A stretch of DNA of 64,000 bases, taken from assembly GCA_017407225.1 (NCBI GenBank), contig JAFQWY010000047.1, positions 39,522-103,521 of the forward strand, written 5' to 3'. Positions 60,570 to 64,000 of this stretch are shown piece by piece. Under the pieces are notes generated by a model. That model was given only the letters and a program-made list of their open reading frames with translations. It searched no databases and was not told the origin of the DNA. Position 1 is the first letter of the stretch, and every line of letters begins with the position of its first letter. The translations under genes and the position numbers were made by a program. Origin of the DNA: Clostridia bacterium. Its GTDB lineage: Bacteria; Bacillota; Clostridia; Oscillospirales; CAG-272.

Positions 60570-61862
60570 ATGAAAAAACTGACTGCACTTCTGCTGGCTG
60601 CGCTTGCTCTCACTTCCTGCACAGCCGGTACGGATGATATTGCCGAGGGGCTGGAGACTTACCGGGATGTATACGGCGGAGAAACCGAAGGGAACTGTAC
60701 CGCACCGGCGGAAATTGCTGACGGGATTCTGTCACAGGATTTCATTCTCAAACACGGCAGATATTACTTTGAGCTCGAGCGTTACGGCACTGTCGAGAAA
60801 GAGTTCGGCTCCGTGCTGGGACATAATGTGATGCTGGCTTATATGGACACGGAAACCGGAAACTGGAGCTATGCCTGTTCCGATCCCCTGTGCAGCCACG
60901 ACAGCGAGCTGACCTGCCGGTACGTGAATCTGGCAGGCTGTTATCCCACCGAAACGCCGGGGGTGTATTACTGCTGCCGCACAGCAGAGCACGCATCCGA
61001 AATTCTTCTTGCGGATCTGAACCGGGACACCGTAAAGCACGTCCACACCATGGCTGCAACCTTCTCCGATATCATCGGATATGAGAACGGAAAGCTGTAT
61101 TTTTATGATAAACTCCGCTCCACGGACGGAAAGCAGACCAAAACCGTCATCCGCTTTTCCGCTCTGGATCACGCGACAGGTGAGATCACGGAACTGGGAT
61201 ATCTGCCCGATACATGGCCCTATCAGACGGCTCTGCCCGATCTGGTTCTGGACGGTCGGTTTTACTTCCGCTCCAACCGCAAGCTGATCCGCACCGATCC
61301 ATCCTTCCGGGAAATCACGGAAATTCTGGAAACGGAGTTTGAGATTGCTCAGTGGTATCTGGATCAGAACACCGGTGAGTTGTTTGTCTCCTCCGTTGAC
61401 CGGGAGCAGAATCGGGGTTCCGTCTATGTTTATCGGGACGGATCTGCAGAAAAGCTGGCACTCCCGCACGAGAACATCTTCAGCTTCACCGTTACAGCAG
61501 ACAAAATCTATTACACTGCATTCGATCCGGTTTATTATGGGATTTCTCCAATAACGTATTATATGAACGAGCAGAACACTCCGGCGCTGATCTATGACTA
61601 TTCGGGAGGCAGACTGTACGCCGCTGACCGGGATAATCCGTCAGAAAATGCGGAGCTGGTATATGAAATCCCCGCGGTTCCTGCCAATACGATGCCGCAT
61701 CTCTGGAACATCGCGGTACTGGGAGATTATCTGTTCTATGAAGAGATCAGCCTGTCCGTTCAGGTGATCGCAGGCACGGAGTATGTACAGACCGAAGACA
61801 CCGCAAAAATCCGCGTGAATCTCGCCGACGGAACCACAACGAAAATCAGCTTTGCTGACTGA
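60570..61862 (+). CDS. Tandem-array lipoprotein 7
   Basis: Lipobox LTSC; CSDPLCSHDSELTC. Confidence 0.85.
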   Translation: MKKLTALLLAALALTSCTAGTDDIAEGLETYRDVYGGETEGNCTAPAEIADGILSQDFILKHGRYYFELERYGTVEKEFGSVLGHNVMLAYMDTETGNWSYACSDPLCSHDSELTCRYVNLAGCYPTETPGVYYCCRTAEHASEILLADLNRDTVKHVHTMAATFSDIIGYENGKLYFYDKLRSTDGKQTKTVIRFSALDHATGEITELGYLPDTWPYQTALPDLVLDGRFYFRSNRKLIRTDPSFREITEILETEFEIAQWYLDQNTGELFVSSVDREQNRGSVYVYRDGSAEKLALPHENIFSFTVTADKIYYTAFDPVYYGISPITYYMNEQNTPALIYDYSGGRLYAADRDNPSENAELVYEIPAVPANTMPHLWNIAVLGDYLFYEEISLSVQVIAGTEYVQTEDTAKIRVNLADGTTTKISFAD

Positions 61863-61873
61863 CAGAACTGCTT

Positions 61874-64000
61874 ATGAAACTGCTGAAATTTGAATTCACC
61901 AAACATCTGACGAAATTCACCGTCATCTTCACGTCCGTGATGCTTCTCATCAGCCTTGGCGTGCTGGTTCTCCAGTATGCCGGTGAAGGTACCGGGGATG
62001 CCGCACTGATCCGGGAGGCACAGGACGCACTTCTTTCCGACTACGTCAACGACCGTGAAACCTACGATGCCGACTACGCTGATTATGAGGTGCGGCTGCA
62101 GGAATTTGAGGACGCGGTCAACACCCGGCGGATGAGCGGAACCTGGTACACCGTCCGTCTGCAGAGCAAAAAAATTGACCTTGACCGCTACGACGATCAG
62201 CGCCTGTACCGGGATGCCCAGGCTCTCATCAAGCGCACGGAAGGCTACGGCAATACCGTCCGCACCGTTGTCCGTCAGGCTTACGCAAAAATCGAGGAAA
62301 TCGGGATTCAGCCCGGCAATTACGTCTATGACTATCAGGCGGCGCTGATCACGAAATACTCGCCCCTGACGGAGCTGGAAATTCCCGTGCGGAATGTGCG
62401 GGGCTGGGAAGAATTCTTCACCCAGAAAACGCCCGTGATCTTCCTCGCCGTCACGATGCTGGGAGTATTTACGGGGATCTTCGTCACCGAAAAACGATGC
62501 CGCACTCTGAATGTCCTCAGAATCTGCAGAAACGGCGGATGCCGGATGATCCTGACCAAGCTGGTCTGCACGGGGATTTTCTCGGTGATCCTCACTCTCC
62601 TGTTCACCCTGACGCCCCTGATTGTGCTGGCGCTGACCACCGGGCTGTCGGATCCGGGAACGGTCATTCAGGCTCTGCCGTCCTTCACTCTCTGTCCTTA
62701 TCGGATTACAATCGGCGGATATCTGGCAATTTTCGTCCTGATCCGGATCGGGGTATTTCTTGCACTCTCCCTGTTCGTCACCGTATTCGGTCAGATCGCA
62801 GGCAGCGAAATCGGAGTTCTCACGGGATCCGCGGTATTTCTGGTGCTCAGTTACCTCTTATCCATGGCGGATCTCTACTCACCCCTGTTTCCCCTGCGGC
62901 AGTTCAACTTCTTCGACGGGGCGTTTGTGACCCTCTTCTTCGAGCGGTACCGCGCCGTGAATCTTTTCGGGCATCACATCGGACTGATCCCCTGTGCAGG
63001 CATGCTCCTGCTCGGCATCATCGCCATACTGACCGCCCTTTCCTTCGCCGTGAAGCTGAACAGTCCCGCTCTTACCTCCGCGCCCAGATTCCGAAAGAAA
63101 AAAACGCGCACTCAGCGGAATCAGACTGCCGCTCCGGTGATGTCCATGTCCCTGTTCCGGTATGAGCTTGCCAAGCACGTTCTGCATCCAAAAGGCATTG
63201 CCCTGATCGCACTGGCACTTGCGGCAAAAATTCTGATTTCCTATAACACTTTCGTCCCGTCCCCGTCGGAATACGAGAGAATCTACCGGGATTACCTGAG
63301 CGATCTGGGCGGAGAGATCACGGAAATGCAGGATGACTACATCGCCGGGGAGGAAGAGTATATCAATGCCAGTCTCGCGGAATATGAGACAGCCTATGAC
63401 CGGTATGAGGCCGGGGAAATCACTTATGAAGAGTACCGCACCCTTAGCGAGAAGAAAAACTACGCCGAGCTGGTGCAGAATCCCTTCGGGAAGGTGATTC
63501 TGCGGCAGAGTTATCTGAAAGGGATCCAGGCACGGGAGGAAGGATACCGCAGCATCCGGTATGTATATGAGGAAGGGATTCTCCGTCTCCTGTTTGCCGG
63601 GCCGGACATTCCTCTTCTGCTCCTGCTTCTTGTGCTGTATTCGGATCTGTTTTCCGTGGAATACCAGTCTGGATTCATCATGATCCTCAGTCTCTGCCGA
63701 AAAGGCGGAAAAAACACCTTCCGGGCAAAATTCATCCTGTGCGCGGCGGTGACCACCATCCTGTACCTGATGTTTTCCGCTCCGGATCTGTTCTTCTTCG
63801 TAAAATACTACGGCACGGAGTCTCTGTCCGCCGGCATCATGAGCATCCCGGATCTGTCTTCCCTCCGCTGGGATCTGAGTGCGGGACAGTATCTCCTCCT
63901 GTTCAAGCTGGCCTGCTGGATCGGGTACCTGATTCTGGCGGCGGCTGCGGCCTCCCTCTCTCTTCTTGCAAAGAATACCCTCACCGCCGCAGTTGTTTTT
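61874..64000 (+). CDS. Large ABC-2-type permease with two duplicated halves, runs off the right edge
   Basis: Manual translation MKLLKFEFTKHLTK...; two units each with a TM, an extracellular loop and a motif IFVTEK...LRICRNG / LFSVEYQSG..MILSLCRKGG; second half begins LFRYELAK. Confidence 0.75.
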   Translation, partial: MKLLKFEFTKHLTKFTVIFTSVMLLISLGVLVLQYAGEGTGDAALIREAQDALLSDYVNDRETYDADYADYEVRLQEFEDAVNTRRMSGTWYTVRLQSKKIDLDRYDDQRLYRDAQALIKRTEGYGNTVRTVVRQAYAKIEEIGIQPGNYVYDYQAALITKYSPLTELEIPVRNVRGWEEFFTQKTPVIFLAVTMLGVFTGIFVTEKRCRTLNVLRICRNGGCRMILTKLVCTGIFSVILTLLFTLTPLIVLALTTGLSDPGTVIQALPSFTLCPYRITIGGYLAIFVLIRIGVFLALSLFVTVFGQIAGSEIGVLTGSAVFLVLSYLLSMADLYSPLFPLRQFNFFDGAFVTLFFERYRAVNLFGHHIGLIPCAGMLLLGIIAILTALSFAVKLNSPALTSAPRFRKKKTRTQRNQTAAPVMSMSLFRYELAKHVLHPKGIALIALALAAKILISYNTFVPSPSEYERIYRDYLSDLGGEITEMQDDYIAGEEEYINASLAEYETAYDRYEAGEITYEEYRTLSEKKNYAELVQNPFGKVILRQSYLKGIQAREEGYRSIRYVYEEGILRLLFAGPDIPLLLLLLVLYSDLFSVEYQSGFIMILSLCRKGGKNTFRAKFILCAAVTTILYLMFSAPDLFFFVKYYGTESLSAGIMSIPDLSSLRWDLSAGQYLLLFKLACWIGYLILAAAAASLSLLAKNTLTAAVVF

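Noticed and set aside
52608-61862. Lipoprotein array as a DGR, shufflon, integron or CRISPR array
   Set aside because: No reverse transcriptase, recombinase or integrase in the window; all copies are in direct orientation; no adenine-specific TR/VR pair; the repeats are coding gene termini rather than short spacer-separated repeats.
62335-63759. Short ORFs listed in the track near the right edge
   Set aside because: Alternate frames of the single unterminated ABC permease gene starting at 61874.

Overview
Clostridia-like (Bacillota) chromosomal segment. (1) 1-18499, minus strand: a surface-polysaccharide cluster from a consensus sigma-A promoter, encoding a TviB/TviC-like nucleotide-sugar dehydrogenase and epimerase, ten glycosyltransferases, a Wzy/O-antigen-ligase-like membrane protein, DUF1919, an AT-rich TupA-like ATP-grasp gene and Wzm/Wzt. 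(2) A secreted modular protein and an FtsX-type ABC transporter. (3) A carbohydrate locus (solute-binding protein, GH51, AraC, DUF4091/GH123-like) flanked by two large surface metallophosphoesterases with duplicated LamG domains. (4) MsrA, an aldo/keto reductase, GH36 and a cohesin protein. (5) A kinase-STAND NTPase-TPR-Sel1 gene converging on a PP2C/HTH/NERD operon. (6) An ECF sigma/anti-sigma pair followed by seven tandem paralogous lipoproteins and an ABC permease. The strongest leads are the seven-gene lipoprotein array with homogenised junctions and hypervariable loops, a shared dockerin-less C-terminal module on two unlinked secreted proteins, and the kinase-NLR-like locus. No rRNA, tRNA, CRISPR array, transposase or integrase was recognised. 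All family assignments come from motif recognition by eye, not database searches.
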